The position numbers and the translations under genes were made by a program. This document shows, piece after piece, positions 42,410-51,696 of a DNA stretch of 64,000 nucleotides. The number at the start of each line of letters is the position of its first letter. The stretch's first letter is position 1. Source of the DNA: an uncultured Bacillota bacterium (GTDB lineage: Bacteria > Sysuimicrobiota > Sysuimicrobiia > Sysuimicrobiales > Segetimicrobiaceae); the NCBI GenBank assembly GCA_963804645.1, contig CAWDRG010000017.1:480001-544000 (forward strand), given 5' to 3'. Below the pieces are notes generated by a model. That model did no database searches and had not been told where the DNA came from. It was given only the letters and a program-made list of their open reading frames with translations.

Positions 42410-42727
42410 TCAGTGCGGCGTAATCGCGACGACCGGATCTCCGATATTGACGAAATCTCCCACCCCGACCATGACCTGGGACACCTGCCCGCCGACCGGC
42501 GCCACCGCGGCCGGGACCGCGCTGCCGGTGGTCGTCCGCACGAACACGAGCGGATCGCCCTGCTTCACCGTCTGGCCGTTCGTCGCGAGGCGAAGCGGGA
42601 GCACCTGACCGGAGATCGCCGAGCGGACCACCACGGCGGTCTGGGCGCTCCCCGTCAGCGGCAGCGCCGACACGAGCAACACCGCGGCGAGCACGATCGG
42701 GCCCAATGCCTGCCACCGACGCGTCAA
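42410..42727 (-). CDS. Secreted biotinyl/lipoyl-fold protein lacking the acceptor lysine
   Basis: Signal peptide, then SAISGQV..GQTVKQGDPL..AVAPVGGQV...V.VGDFV..GDPVV barrel-sandwich pattern; the turn reads RTTTGS instead of MKM/DKA. Confidence 0.75.
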   Translation of the reverse strand: MTRRWQALGPIVLAAVLLVSALPLTGSAQTAVVVRSAISGQVLPLRLATNGQTVKQGDPLVFVRTTTGSAVPAAVAPVGGQVSQVMVGVGDFVNIGDPVVAITPH

Positions 42728-42753
42728 ATCGCACCACCCACCTTATCAAGCAA

Positions 42754-42783
42754 ATTATAGGCACCGCCGCCTCATACTGTCAA
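42754..42783 (-). promoter_or_regulatory. Sigma-70-type promoter heading the outer-membrane cluster
   Basis: TTGACA-18 bp-TATAAT; the -35 overlaps the wecB stop codon. Confidence 0.75.
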
Positions 42784-43943
42784 ACGGCGAACTCCGATGG
42801 AAAGTTCTTGGTAAACCCGAAGTAGCGGCGCAGCGACGCGACGATCCGCTCGGCCGCGCGCCCGTCGCCGTACGGATTCCGCGCCTCGGCCATGCGCCGG
42901 TAGCTGACGTCGTCGGACAGCAGCAGTGAGGCGGCCGCGACGATCGCCGCTCGATCGGTGCCGACGAGTTTGGAGGTGCCGGCGTCCACCCCCTCGGGCC
43001 GCTCGGTCGTCTCGCGCAGCACGAGCACCGGCCGCCCGAGCGACGGCGCCTCCTCCTGGATGCCCCCGGAGTCGGTGAGGATCAGCGCGGCCGCCTTCAT
43101 GCACTGGACGAGCGAGGCGTAGTCCAGCGGCGCGACGAGGTGCGCCCGCGGGTGCCCGCCGAGGATCTCGTGCGCCGGGGCGGTCACCACGGGATTCGGG
43201 TGCACGGGAAAGATGAGCTCGAGGTCGGGCACCCGGTCGAGCAGCTCGCGCACCGCGAGAAAGATGCGGCGCTGAGGCTCGCCCCAGTTCTCACGGCGAT
43301 GCGTCGTCAGCAGAATCCGTCGGCCGGCCCCCGCGAGCAGCGCGGCCACGCGCGGATCCACGAGGCCGGCGTCCCGGCCGGCGATCTCAAGCAGGGCGTC
43401 GATCACCGTGTTGCCCGTCACCACGATGCGGTCGCGCGGCACGCCCTCGCGCTCGAGGTGCGCGCGCGCCGTCGCGGTCGGCGCGAAGTGCAGATCGGCG
43501 AGGACGGTGGTCATCCGCCGGTACATCTCCTCGGGGAACGGCTGATATTTGTCATCCGTCCGCAGCCCGGCTTCGACGTGCGCCACCGGCGTCTTGCGGT
43601 AGAACGCGGCGAGCGCGCCGACGAACGACGGCGCCGCGTCGCCCTGCACCAGGACGATCGCGGGATCGACGCGGGCGAGCGTCTCTTCGAGCCCGCGGAG
43701 GGTGCGGACGGTCACGTCCGCCAGGGTCTGCCGCTCGGTCATGATGTTGAGGTCCCAGTCGGGCTCGATCCCGAACAGCTGCAGCACCTGATCCAGCATC
43801 TCGCGGTGCTGCGCGGTCACGACGACCACGGGGCGGAGTTCCTCGGGATGCGCGCGCAGCGCGCGCACCACCGGCGCCATCTTCACCGCGTCGGGCCGCG
43901 TGCCGAACACCACCATCACGCGGCGCGGCGCGGCGGCGTTCAT
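42780..43943 (-). CDS. wecB: UDP-N-acetylglucosamine 2-epimerase (non-hydrolysing)
   Basis: FGTRP, TAQHREML, VQGD, HVEAGLRT, PFPEE, TGNTVID, HRREN, TDSGGIQEEAP, NPYGDG. Confidence 0.95.
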   Translation of the reverse strand: MNAAAPRRVMVVFGTRPDAVKMAPVVRALRAHPEELRPVVVVTAQHREMLDQVLQLFGIEPDWDLNIMTERQTLADVTVRTLRGLEETLARVDPAIVLVQGDAAPSFVGALAAFYRKTPVAHVEAGLRTDDKYQPFPEEMYRRMTTVLADLHFAPTATARAHLEREGVPRDRIVVTGNTVIDALLEIAGRDAGLVDPRVAALLAGAGRRILLTTHRRENWGEPQRRIFLAVRELLDRVPDLELIFPVHPNPVVTAPAHEILGGHPRAHLVAPLDYASLVQCMKAAALILTDSGGIQEEAPSLGRPVLVLRETTERPEGVDAGTSKLVGTDRAAIVAAASLLLSDDVSYRRMAEARNPYGDGRAAERIVASLRRYFGFTKNFPSEFAV

Positions 43944-45058
43944 CGCGGCACCTCGCCGGCCCCGCCGGACGGCCGCCGGCCAAGCAGCAGCCCCAGCCGG
44001 CGCGCGCCGACCACGAGGAGCGCCAGCAGCACGGCGAGCAGCGCCATCAGATCGAAGCGGTGGATGCCGCTGAGGACGAGCGCCCCCGCGCCGAGGACCG
44101 CCGTCACGAGGTAGAGGACCCCGACCGTCTGCCGCTGGCTCAGCCCGCGGCGCAGCAGCTGGTGGTGGAGGTGGCCGGTGTCGGCCTGAAAGATCGGCTG
44201 TCCGCTCCGCCAGCGCCGCGTGATCGCAAGCGCGGTGTCGGCGACCGGCACGCCGAGCGCCGCGAGCGGGATGAGCAGGGACAGCGCGGTATAGCTCTTG
44301 TACGTCCCGAGGACCGAGAGCCCCCCGAGCAGATAGCCGAGCAGCATCGAGCCCGTGTCCCCGAGAAAGATCCGCGCGGGGTTGAAGTTGTACGGCAGAA
44401 ATCCGAGCGTCGCGCCCACGAGCGCCGCGGTGAGGATCGCGGTGGCGACGTCTCCCCGCAGGAAGGACGCGATCAAGAGCGTGCCGCCCGCGATGGTGGC
44501 GATGCCAGCGGCCAACCCGTCGACGCCGTCGATCAGGTTCATCACGTTGCACAGCGCGACCAGCCAGACCACGGTGACGATCGCGCCGAGCGGGCCCACG
44601 AAGAACATGCCGCCGAGGGGATTGGTGAGCACGTCCATGCCCACCCCGAACGGCAGGAGCACGGCCGCCGCGAGCACCTGCCCCGCCAGCTTCACGAGCG
44701 GCGAGACGCCGTGGGCGTCGTCCACGGCGCCGAGCAGCGTGATCAGCGTGGCGCCGAGCAGCAGACCGAGGATCGGGTGATCAAGCGCCGGTGTGTACGG
44801 AATGGTCACGACCACCTGGTGGGACCGCACGGCGACGTTGATCGGGCGCCCCACCGGCAGGGCCACGACGACCGCCGCGACAAACGCGAGGTACACCGCG
44901 ACGCCGCCGAGCCGCGGCACCGGCCGCGTGTGGATGTGCCGGCCGCCCGGACGCGCCACCACGCCGAACTGGGTCGCGATCCAGGCGACGACCGGGGTGC
45001 ACAGGTACGCGACGAGCAGGCCGATCGCCGCGGCCACGAGGAGTGGCGAGATGGTCAT
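43940..45058 (-). CDS. wecA: Undecaprenyl-phosphate GlcNAc-1-phosphate transferase (WecA/TagO, MraY-like)
   Basis: R.IH..PVPRLGG, GAVDD, N..NLIDGVDGLA, YNFNPARIFLGDTGS, HLHH. Confidence 0.92.
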   Translation of the reverse strand: MTISPLLVAAAIGLLVAYLCTPVVAWIATQFGVVARPGGRHIHTRPVPRLGGVAVYLAFVAAVVVALPVGRPINVAVRSHQVVVTIPYTPALDHPILGLLLGATLITLLGAVDDAHGVSPLVKLAGQVLAAAVLLPFGVGMDVLTNPLGGMFFVGPLGAIVTVVWLVALCNVMNLIDGVDGLAAGIATIAGGTLLIASFLRGDVATAILTAALVGATLGFLPYNFNPARIFLGDTGSMLLGYLLGGLSVLGTYKSYTALSLLIPLAALGVPVADTALAITRRWRSGQPIFQADTGHLHHQLLRRGLSQRQTVGVLYLVTAVLGAGALVLSGIHRFDLMALLAVLLALLVVGARRLGLLLGRRPSGGAGEVPR

Positions 45059-45082
45059 GAGCCGCCCGGCCGCCGGGCCGGC

Positions 45083-46063
45083 CTACTGCCCCTCGTTGAC
45101 CGGCTGCATCACGCGGGGGGCGCTGAACAGCTCGCTCACGGACTGCTCCCCATGGATGCGCTGAATCGCCTCGCCGAGCAGGCTGGCGACCGAGATCACC
45201 GTGAGCTTGGGCGTCCGCTTCTCGGGGGGGACGGGGATGCTGTCCGTCACGACGAGCTGCTCGATCGGCGACCGCAGGACCCGCGCCGTCGCGGGCGGCG
45301 ACAGGATCGCGTGCGTGCAGCAGGCGTAGACGCCGAGCGCCCCCTTCTTCATCAGTGCCTCGGCGGCACTCGTCAGCGTCCCGCCGGTATCGATGATGTC
45401 GTCGACGAGGATCGCGGTCTTCCGGTAGACCTTGCCGATGACGTGGACGATCTCGGCGACCTGATTCGGACGGTCCCGCCGCTTGTCGATAATCGCAAGC
45501 GGCGCGTGGATGTACTCCGCGAATTCGCGCGCCCGCTTGACGCCCCCGATGTCGGGGGACACGACGACGGCGTTCTCCAGCCCGAGCGAGAGGAAGTGGT
45601 CGCCGAGGATCATCCGGCCCGGCAGATGGTCGAGCGGAATGTCGAAGAAACCCCACAGCTGCCCGGTGTGGAGATCGAGCGTGAGGATCCGGTCGGCCCC
45701 GGCGGTCGTCAGCAGATTGGCGACCAGCTTGGCGGTGATCGGCTCCCGCGGCTTGATCTTCCGGTCCTGGCGGGCGTAGCCGAAATACGGAATCACGGCG
45801 GTGACGCGCGCCGCGCTGGCGCGGCGGAGCGCGTCGATGATGATCAGCAACTCCATCAGCGTCTCGTTCGCCGGCGGACACGTGGGCTGCACGGCAAACG
45901 CGTCGAGGCCGCGCACGCTTTCGTCGATCCGCACCCCGATCTCACCGTCGGAGAACCGGAACACGTGCATCGCGCCGAGGGGCAGGTGCAGATACTCGGC
46001 GATGCCCCGCGCGAGGGTGGGGTTGCCGGTCCCGCTGAAGACCCGAACGCCCGCCCCCGCCAT
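45083..46063 (-). CDS. prs: Ribose-phosphate pyrophosphokinase
   Basis: FSDGE, PYFGYARQDRK, LDLH, VSPDIGGVKRA, LVDDIIDTGGT. Confidence 0.97.
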   Translation of the reverse strand: MAGAGVRVFSGTGNPTLARGIAEYLHLPLGAMHVFRFSDGEIGVRIDESVRGLDAFAVQPTCPPANETLMELLIIIDALRRASAARVTAVIPYFGYARQDRKIKPREPITAKLVANLLTTAGADRILTLDLHTGQLWGFFDIPLDHLPGRMILGDHFLSLGLENAVVVSPDIGGVKRAREFAEYIHAPLAIIDKRRDRPNQVAEIVHVIGKVYRKTAILVDDIIDTGGTLTSAAEALMKKGALGVYACCTHAILSPPATARVLRSPIEQLVVTDSIPVPPEKRTPKLTVISVASLLGEAIQRIHGEQSVSELFSAPRVMQPVNEGQ

Positions 46064-46076
46064 CGCTCTCTCCCGC

Positions 46077-47435
46077 CTAGCCTTCGCGGCTCAGCCGCCG
46101 GATCACTCGTGCCGGGACCCCGACCGCGACGCCGCGCGCCGGCACGCTCTTCGTGACCACGGACCCGGCGCCGGTGGCGGCCCCCGGTCCGATCCGGACC
46201 GGGGCGACCAGCATCGTGTCGCTCCCGATGTACGCGCCGCGCCCGATCTCGGTGCGGTGCTTGCGGCGGTCGAGGCCGTAGTTGCACGTGATCGTCCCCG
46301 CCCCGATGTTCACGTCCGACCCGATCACCGCGTCGCCGAGATAACTCTTGTGGTGCACCTTCGTCCGATCGCCGACGCGCACCTGCTTCATCTCCGCATA
46401 GTTTCCGATCTGGACGTCGCGTCCCACGATGGTGCCGGTCCGGAGATGCGCGTAGGGGCCGACGGTCGTCCCCGCGCCGAGGCGGCACTCTTCGAGCGTG
46501 GAGTCGCGCACCCGAACACCGCGGCCCAGCACCGCGCTGTCAATCCTGGCGCCGGGGCCGATCTCACATCCGGCGCCGATCACGGTGCGCCCCGTGAGGA
46601 TCGTCTGGGGATGCAGCACTGTATCGCGGCCGACGCGCACCTCGGCGTCCACGAACGTCGACGCGGGATCGACGACGGTCACGCCGCCCTGCATCAGGCG
46701 CCGGAGGATCCGCCCGCGCAGCGCCGCCTCGGCTTCCGCCAGTTCCTCGCGGGTGTTGATGCCGAGCATCTCCGCCGGGTCGCTCACGGGCACCGTCGTG
46801 ACCTCGCGGCCCGTGACGGCGAGCACGTTCATAGCGTCGGTCAAATAGTACTCACCCTGGCGATTGTTGGGACGAACCCGCGCGAGGGCCCGCCGGATCT
46901 CCGCCACGCGCATGACGTACATGCCGGCGTTGACCTCGCGGATCGCGGCCTCCTCGGGCGTCGCGTCCCGCTCCTCGACGATCCCGACGAAGCGGCCGGC
47001 CGGATCCCGCACGATCCGCCCGAATCGGTGGGTGTCCTCGACCACCCGGGTCGCGAGCGCCGCCCCGCCCGTCCGTCCGAGCGCACGGCGCAGTGCGCGC
47101 AGCGTAGCGGGGGACACAAACGGCATATCGCCGTGGACCACATAGGTCAGCCCGACACGACGGAGGTGGGGCAGTGCCTGCGCGAGCGCGTGGCCGGTCC
47201 CGCGGGCCGGATGCTGCACGACATAGTCGGCGCCGGCGCCGATCGCGTTCCGGATCGCCGCGCGGCCGTCGCGGCCGACGACAATCAGCACGCGGCCGAC
47301 CCCCGCCCGGCGCAGCGCCGCGACGACGTGCGCCAGCATCGGACGGCCGCAGAGGGGATGCAGAACCTTCGGCAGCGCCGAGTTCATCCGGGTGCCGCTG
47401 CCTGCGGCCAGAATCACAGCGGCCGGCTGTTCCAC
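46077..47435 (-). CDS. glmU: Bifunctional UDP-GlcNAc pyrophosphorylase/glucosamine-1-P acetyltransferase
   Basis: ILAAGSGTRM.S.LPKVLH, GTGHA, GEYYLTD, GPYAHLR, YLGDA, NIGAGTITCNY. Confidence 0.96.
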   Translation of the reverse strand: MEQPAAVILAAGSGTRMNSALPKVLHPLCGRPMLAHVVAALRRAGVGRVLIVVGRDGRAAIRNAIGAGADYVVQHPARGTGHALAQALPHLRRVGLTYVVHGDMPFVSPATLRALRRALGRTGGAALATRVVEDTHRFGRIVRDPAGRFVGIVEERDATPEEAAIREVNAGMYVMRVAEIRRALARVRPNNRQGEYYLTDAMNVLAVTGREVTTVPVSDPAEMLGINTREELAEAEAALRGRILRRLMQGGVTVVDPASTFVDAEVRVGRDTVLHPQTILTGRTVIGAGCEIGPGARIDSAVLGRGVRVRDSTLEECRLGAGTTVGPYAHLRTGTIVGRDVQIGNYAEMKQVRVGDRTKVHHKSYLGDAVIGSDVNIGAGTITCNYGLDRRKHRTEIGRGAYIGSDTMLVAPVRIGPGAATGAGSVVTKSVPARGVAVGVPARVIRRLSREG

Positions 47436-47535
47436 GGGCTGCCTCCGAAGACATACAGGTGGGATGCCCCAACGGGTTCGCGGCCAGCGGGGGCCGTCCC
47501 TGCGCCGGCGGATCTGCGCCCGGCCGACGTGGCGC

Positions 47536-48195
47536 TCATGCGCCGGCGAGCTCGGCGAACGCCCGCACCGGAAACGACGCGCCGCGCGCGACGCGCGGGG
47601 GCACCGCGTAAAATCGGAACCCGTCGGACGGAAGGGCATGTAGGTTGCACAGATTCTCGACGATCAGCACGCCGGCGGCGAGCAGGCGCGTGTGGGCGGG
47701 GCGGCTCGGATCCCCGACGTCGTCCACGTTCCAGGTGTCGATGCCCACCAGCGCCGGCGCCGCGTGGACGAGCCGCTCCACGGCGCGCTGAGAAAGGTGC
47801 GGGCACGGGCGCCAGTACTCGCCGTGTCCCCAGTGCGCGTCCCACCCGGTGCGGACGAGCACCGCCGCGCCGCGCATGCGCGCATCCGCGTCGACATCCA
47901 GCGCCGGCCCGTCCGCGGCGCTCGGGTCCAGGACCACGCCGCGCACCCCCGCGACCTGCTCGAGCGGGATGTGGCTGAGATCCGCCGCGGTGGGGAACCG
48001 ATGGAACGGGCTGTCCACATACGTGCCGATGTTGCACGGCATCTCGACCATCCCGAGATAGAACTCGGCCCGACCATCGTACTGGACCCGCGACGCGTGA
48101 TGATCCAGCACCGCGCCGATCCTCGGTCGGGGCAGCCCGGGAAACACCTCCATGCCGTCCGCGAGCGCATGGCTGAGGTCTACGAATCGGACCAC
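47536..48195 (-). CDS. Cyclase family protein (kynurenine formamidase-like)
   Basis: VDLSH, GTYVDSPFH, LVRTGW, VGID, H..LL..GVLIVENL, GASFPVRA. Confidence 0.85.
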   Translation of the reverse strand: MVRFVDLSHALADGMEVFPGLPRPRIGAVLDHHASRVQYDGRAEFYLGMVEMPCNIGTYVDSPFHRFPTAADLSHIPLEQVAGVRGVVLDPSAADGPALDVDADARMRGAAVLVRTGWDAHWGHGEYWRPCPHLSQRAVERLVHAAPALVGIDTWNVDDVGDPSRPAHTRLLAAGVLIVENLCNLHALPSDGFRFYAVPPRVARGASFPVRAFAELAGA

Positions 48196-48264
48196 GCGAC
48201 TCCCGCCTCGCGCGCGTCGGACACGCACGCGCCCCGGCGCCGCCTACGCAACGCGCCGGGCCGG

Positions 48265-48338
48265 TGGCTGGGGGGCCAGGATTCGAACCTGGACACTCAC
48301 ATCCAAAGTGTGATGGCCTACCGTTAGCCGACCCCCCA
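48265..48338 (-). tRNA. tRNA-Gln (TTG)
   Basis: TGGGGGGTCGGCTAACGGTAGGCCATCACAC-T-TTG-GATGTGAGTGTCCAGGTTCGAATCCTGGCCCCCCAGCCA: cloverleaf, T-loop GTTCGAATC and encoded CCA. Confidence 0.96.
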
Positions 48339-48386
48339 CCGCTCCACCGCGATCGTAGCGCACCCGGCGGAGGGCCGCAAGCGCCC

Positions 48387-48767
48387 TCACGCGAGCGCGA
48401 CCACCTCGATCTCGACCGCGGCCTCCCGCGGCAGCTTCGCGACCTGGACCGTGGAGCGCGCCGGAGGGCTCTCCTGAAAGTACTCGCCGTAGATCTCGTT
48501 CATCGTGCCGAAGTCGTTCAGGTCGCGGAGGAACACGGTGGTCTTCACGACTTTGTCGAACGAGGATCCCGACGCGGCGAGCACCGCCTTGAGATTCTCC
48601 ATGACGCGCTTCGTCTGCGCGCGGATGTCTCCGGACACGATCTGTCCGGTGTTGGGATCCAGCGGCACCTGCCCGGCCGCGAACACAAATCCGTTGGCGA
48701 CCACCGCCTGCGAGTAGGGTCCGATCGCGGCCGGCGCCGCGTCGGTCCGCACGATCCGCTTCTCCAT
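48387..48767 (-). CDS. ridA: RidA/YabJ enamine deaminase
   Basis: APAAIGPYSQAV, GQ.PLDP, VVKTTVFL, PPARS.VQV..LP...VEIE. Confidence 0.95.
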   Translation of the reverse strand: MEKRIVRTDAAPAAIGPYSQAVVANGFVFAAGQVPLDPNTGQIVSGDIRAQTKRVMENLKAVLAASGSSFDKVVKTTVFLRDLNDFGTMNEIYGEYFQESPPARSTVQVAKLPREAAVEIEVVALA

Positions 48768-48879
48768 TCCGCCACCTCCCGATCATCACCGCGACGCGCT
48801 CCGACGGACGTCCCGCTCCGCCTGACGCACTCGGCGCTCTTTGGGTTCGCGCACGACCGCGGCGCCGCCTGCCCTGCCG

Positions 48880-49386
48880 CTATCGGCTCCCGAGCGTCCG
48901 GTAGGCCCGGTGGTAGTACACGAGAGGGCGCCGCTCCGGCACCGCCCACGCGCGCTCGACCGCGCCGACGAAGATCGTGTGATCGCCGCCCGGATGGGAG
49001 GCCGCCACGCGGCACTCCACGTACGCGACGCAGCCGTCGAGGAGCGGCGCGCCCGTCCGTCCGGGCCGGTACGCGATCCCGCGAAACGCATCGGGCCCCT
49101 CGGGCCGCGCCGCGGCCGCAAAGAAGCGCGAGAGCTCCTCCTGCCCGGCCGCGAGCACGTTGACCGCGAACGCGCGGCTGCGGGCGAGGATGGCGTGCGA
49201 CAGATGGCTGCGCTCGATGCACACCAGAATGAGCTGCGGCTCGACGGAGACGGACGCGAACGCGTTGACCGTCACGCCGTGGGGTCCCGCCGGGCCGGCG
49301 GCGGTCACGACCGTGACGCCCGTGACAAAATGCGCGAGCGCCTCGCGAAAGTCCGCGTCGGTCACGCGGCCGTCGGGCCGATCCAC
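48880..49386 (-). CDS. Flavin reductase family protein
   Basis: FREAL..FVTGVTVVT, G.TVNAFASVS, FAVNVL, GGDHTIFVG, PLVY. Confidence 0.9.
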   Translation of the reverse strand: MDRPDGRVTDADFREALAHFVTGVTVVTAAGPAGPHGVTVNAFASVSVEPQLILVCIERSHLSHAILARSRAFAVNVLAAGQEELSRFFAAAARPEGPDAFRGIAYRPGRTGAPLLDGCVAYVECRVAASHPGGDHTIFVGAVERAWAVPERRPLVYYHRAYRTLGSR

Positions 49387-49426
49387 GAGCCCCCCAGCCC
49401 ACCCCGCGGGTCGCGCGGATCGCGGG

Positions 49427-50882
49427 CTAGAATCGGACCTGCGTGCCGGTCGCCTGGTCGATCTGGGCCAGCGCCAAGTTGTAGTTGTAGTAGGCCGTGA
49501 TCGTCGAGGTCTCGGCGGTCGCGAGCGTCTGCAGCGCGTTCGTCACGTCCAGCTCGGTCCCGACGCCGGCCTGCAGCCGCACCTGCGCGATCCGTAGCTG
49601 CTCCCGCGCGGACACGAGCCCGAGCTCCGCCGCCCGCAGCTGGTCGGCCGCCTGCTGCAGGTTGAGGTACGACGTGCGCACCTGGCTCTCGACCGCCTGC
49701 TGGGTCTGCTGCAGGCTCACCTGCGCCTGCTCCAGCTGCACGGTGGCCGCCTGCACCTTCGCCGCGGTCACCCCGCCGTCGAACACCGTCAAGGTGAGCG
49801 CGACCATCCCGGACCAGCTCACCGGGTTGTTCGTGAACGGCGAGTTCGTCTGGATCTGCGGACCGCCGGTGACCGTGATGTTCGGGCGCAGACCCGACTT
49901 CGCCAGATCAATCGCCGCCTGGAAGCTTTGGATCGCCGCCTGGCCTTCCTGGATCTCCGCGCGCTCGCTCAGCCCCGTCTGGATCAGCGCGTTCAGGTCC
50001 GGCGGCGGCTGCGGCAGTCCGAACGGCGTCGTCGGTGCCACCACCGTCGACAGCGGGAGGTTCAGCACCGCGTCGAGCGTGTACTCGGCGGAGACGGCCG
50101 CCGCTTTCGACTGCGTCAGTGTCTGCTGCGCCGCCGCGAGCTGGGACTGCGCCTGCAGCAGGTTGAACTGGGGCGCCGTCCCCACGTTGACCTGGGCCTG
50201 CGTCACGCGCACGTTCTCCTGGGACGCGTCCACCACGCCCTGCGAGGACGTGACCTGGGCCTCCAGCGCCTGCACGGCGTAGTACGCCTGCCGGGTCTGC
50301 AGCACGATCGCCGCCGCTTCCGCGGCGAACGCCGCCTGCGCCGAGGCCAAGTTCGCCTCGGCGATCGCGACTTGGTCCTGCAGGGCGTTGCCGCTGTAGA
50401 GCGGATACGTCAGCCCGAGGCTGAAGATCGTGGCGGGCGGGTTCGACGCCGGCAGCGTGATCGGGGTCGGGGTGCCGAGAATCGTCGGCACGATCGTGGT
50501 GGGCGTGCTCGCCGTCGCGGTCGAATAGGAGCCCCTGAACACGATGATCGGAATGAGCTCCGCCTGTGCCTGCGCGACGGAGGCACGATCGAGCGCCACC
50601 GTCAGCGCGGCCTGCTGGATGCTGAAGTTCTTCGTGAGCGCCATCTGGACGGCTTGCGTCAGCGTGAGCCCGACCCCCGGCGCCGACCGACGGCACGGGC
50701 GGCACCGGCGGAATCGCCGGCAGCGGCTGGTTGGTCGGAGGAATATACGGCAGCACCGGCGCGCCGGGGGTCGACGGCTGGGCGGGCATCGCGGGCGGCG
50801 GGGACGTCTGCGGCCACACCGGGCCGACGGCGACCCCGACGCAGAGGAGCGCGATCATACCAAGATGGTACCAGCGGGACAT
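49427..50882 (-). CDS. TolC-family outer-membrane channel (frameshift ~50680)
   Basis: Signal peptide, duplicated helical repeats, LTYPLYSG / LTVFDGG and ..LAQIDQATG. Confidence 0.85.
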
Positions 50883-50883
50883 G

Positions 50884-51555
50884 CTACCCCTCCTCAGCCC
50901 TAAGGGCGTCGCGCGGCACTGCGGCCTCGCGGCGCGCCGTGATCCCGTGCAGGATCAGCGAGACCATCATCGTGACACGCTCGGTCTCCGCGTGCCCCGT
51001 TGCCAGCGCATCGACTTCGAGCACGTGCTGCACCATGATGTGGCTCATCAACATGCGAAAACAAATCGCCGCCGTCAGCGCGGTGTCGACGGGACGGAAC
51101 GCGCCCTCAGTGATGCGCCGCTTCAAGTAGTCCTGGAAGCGTGCGACGAACGGCTCGCACAACCTCGGGAATAACTCCTGGCGGAGACTCTCGTGCAGAT
51201 CGGCTTCGTGCACGCTCAGCCGGAGAAACGCAGCGTGGCGCGACAAGCTGGTGATCCGGCTCTCGAGGAGACTCCGCAGGAACGCTTCGTCGTCGTCGGC
51301 CCGAAAGCCCTCCTCCGCGGGAGCCGCCGACGCCTCCTCGGCGATCATGGCGAAGACGCCCCGGAGCACTTCCTGTTTGCTCACAAAATAGAGGTAGATC
51401 GTCCCTTCCGCCAAGCCCGCGGCCGAGGCGATCTCACGAATCGTCGCGCCGTGGAAGCCCTTTTGGCTGAACACGGACAGCGCGGCGCGGAGGATCTGGG
51501 CCCGGCGTTCCTCCACCCGAACGTCCCGTGCCGCTTCGGTGAGTCTAACCATCAA
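50884..51555 (-). CDS. TetR/AcrR family transcriptional regulator
   Basis: RRAQILRAA..FSQKGFHGATIREIA..AGLAEGTIYLYF.SK HTH. Confidence 0.93.
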   Translation of the reverse strand: MMVRLTEAARDVRVEERRAQILRAALSVFSQKGFHGATIREIASAAGLAEGTIYLYFVSKQEVLRGVFAMIAEEASAAPAEEGFRADDDEAFLRSLLESRITSLSRHAAFLRLSVHEADLHESLRQELFPRLCEPFVARFQDYLKRRITEGAFRPVDTALTAAICFRMLMSHIMVQHVLEVDALATGHAETERVTMMVSLILHGITARREAAVPRDALRAEEG

Positions 51556-51579
51556 TGGGCATCAACCTGCCATCTTTGA

Positions 51580-51625
51580 TGAGCGTGCGCTCACCAAGAA
51601 TAGCGCCGCGCCGGTTGGGTGTCAA
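51580..51625 (-). promoter_or_regulatory. tetR-tolC promoter with a putative TetR operator
   Basis: TTGACA-17 bp-TATTCT (51597-51625), followed by the palindrome TGAGCG-N2-CGCTCA (51580-51593) over the expected TSS. Confidence 0.7.
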
Positions 51626-51696
51626 CGACAGACTCCGAGGAATGTTGCGACTGTCAGCGAACGGGTGCCGCTCCGCGGCGGCCCACAGAGGCACCG

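Noticed and set aside
47436..47535. glmS-ribozyme-like leader before glmU
   Set aside because: Only AGCGCC is present; the GACGAGG and ATCGA core elements are missing.
48200..48400. Island or prophage integrated at tRNA-Gln
   Set aside because: No integrase, no duplicated tRNA 3' end noticed, and the flanks are housekeeping genes.
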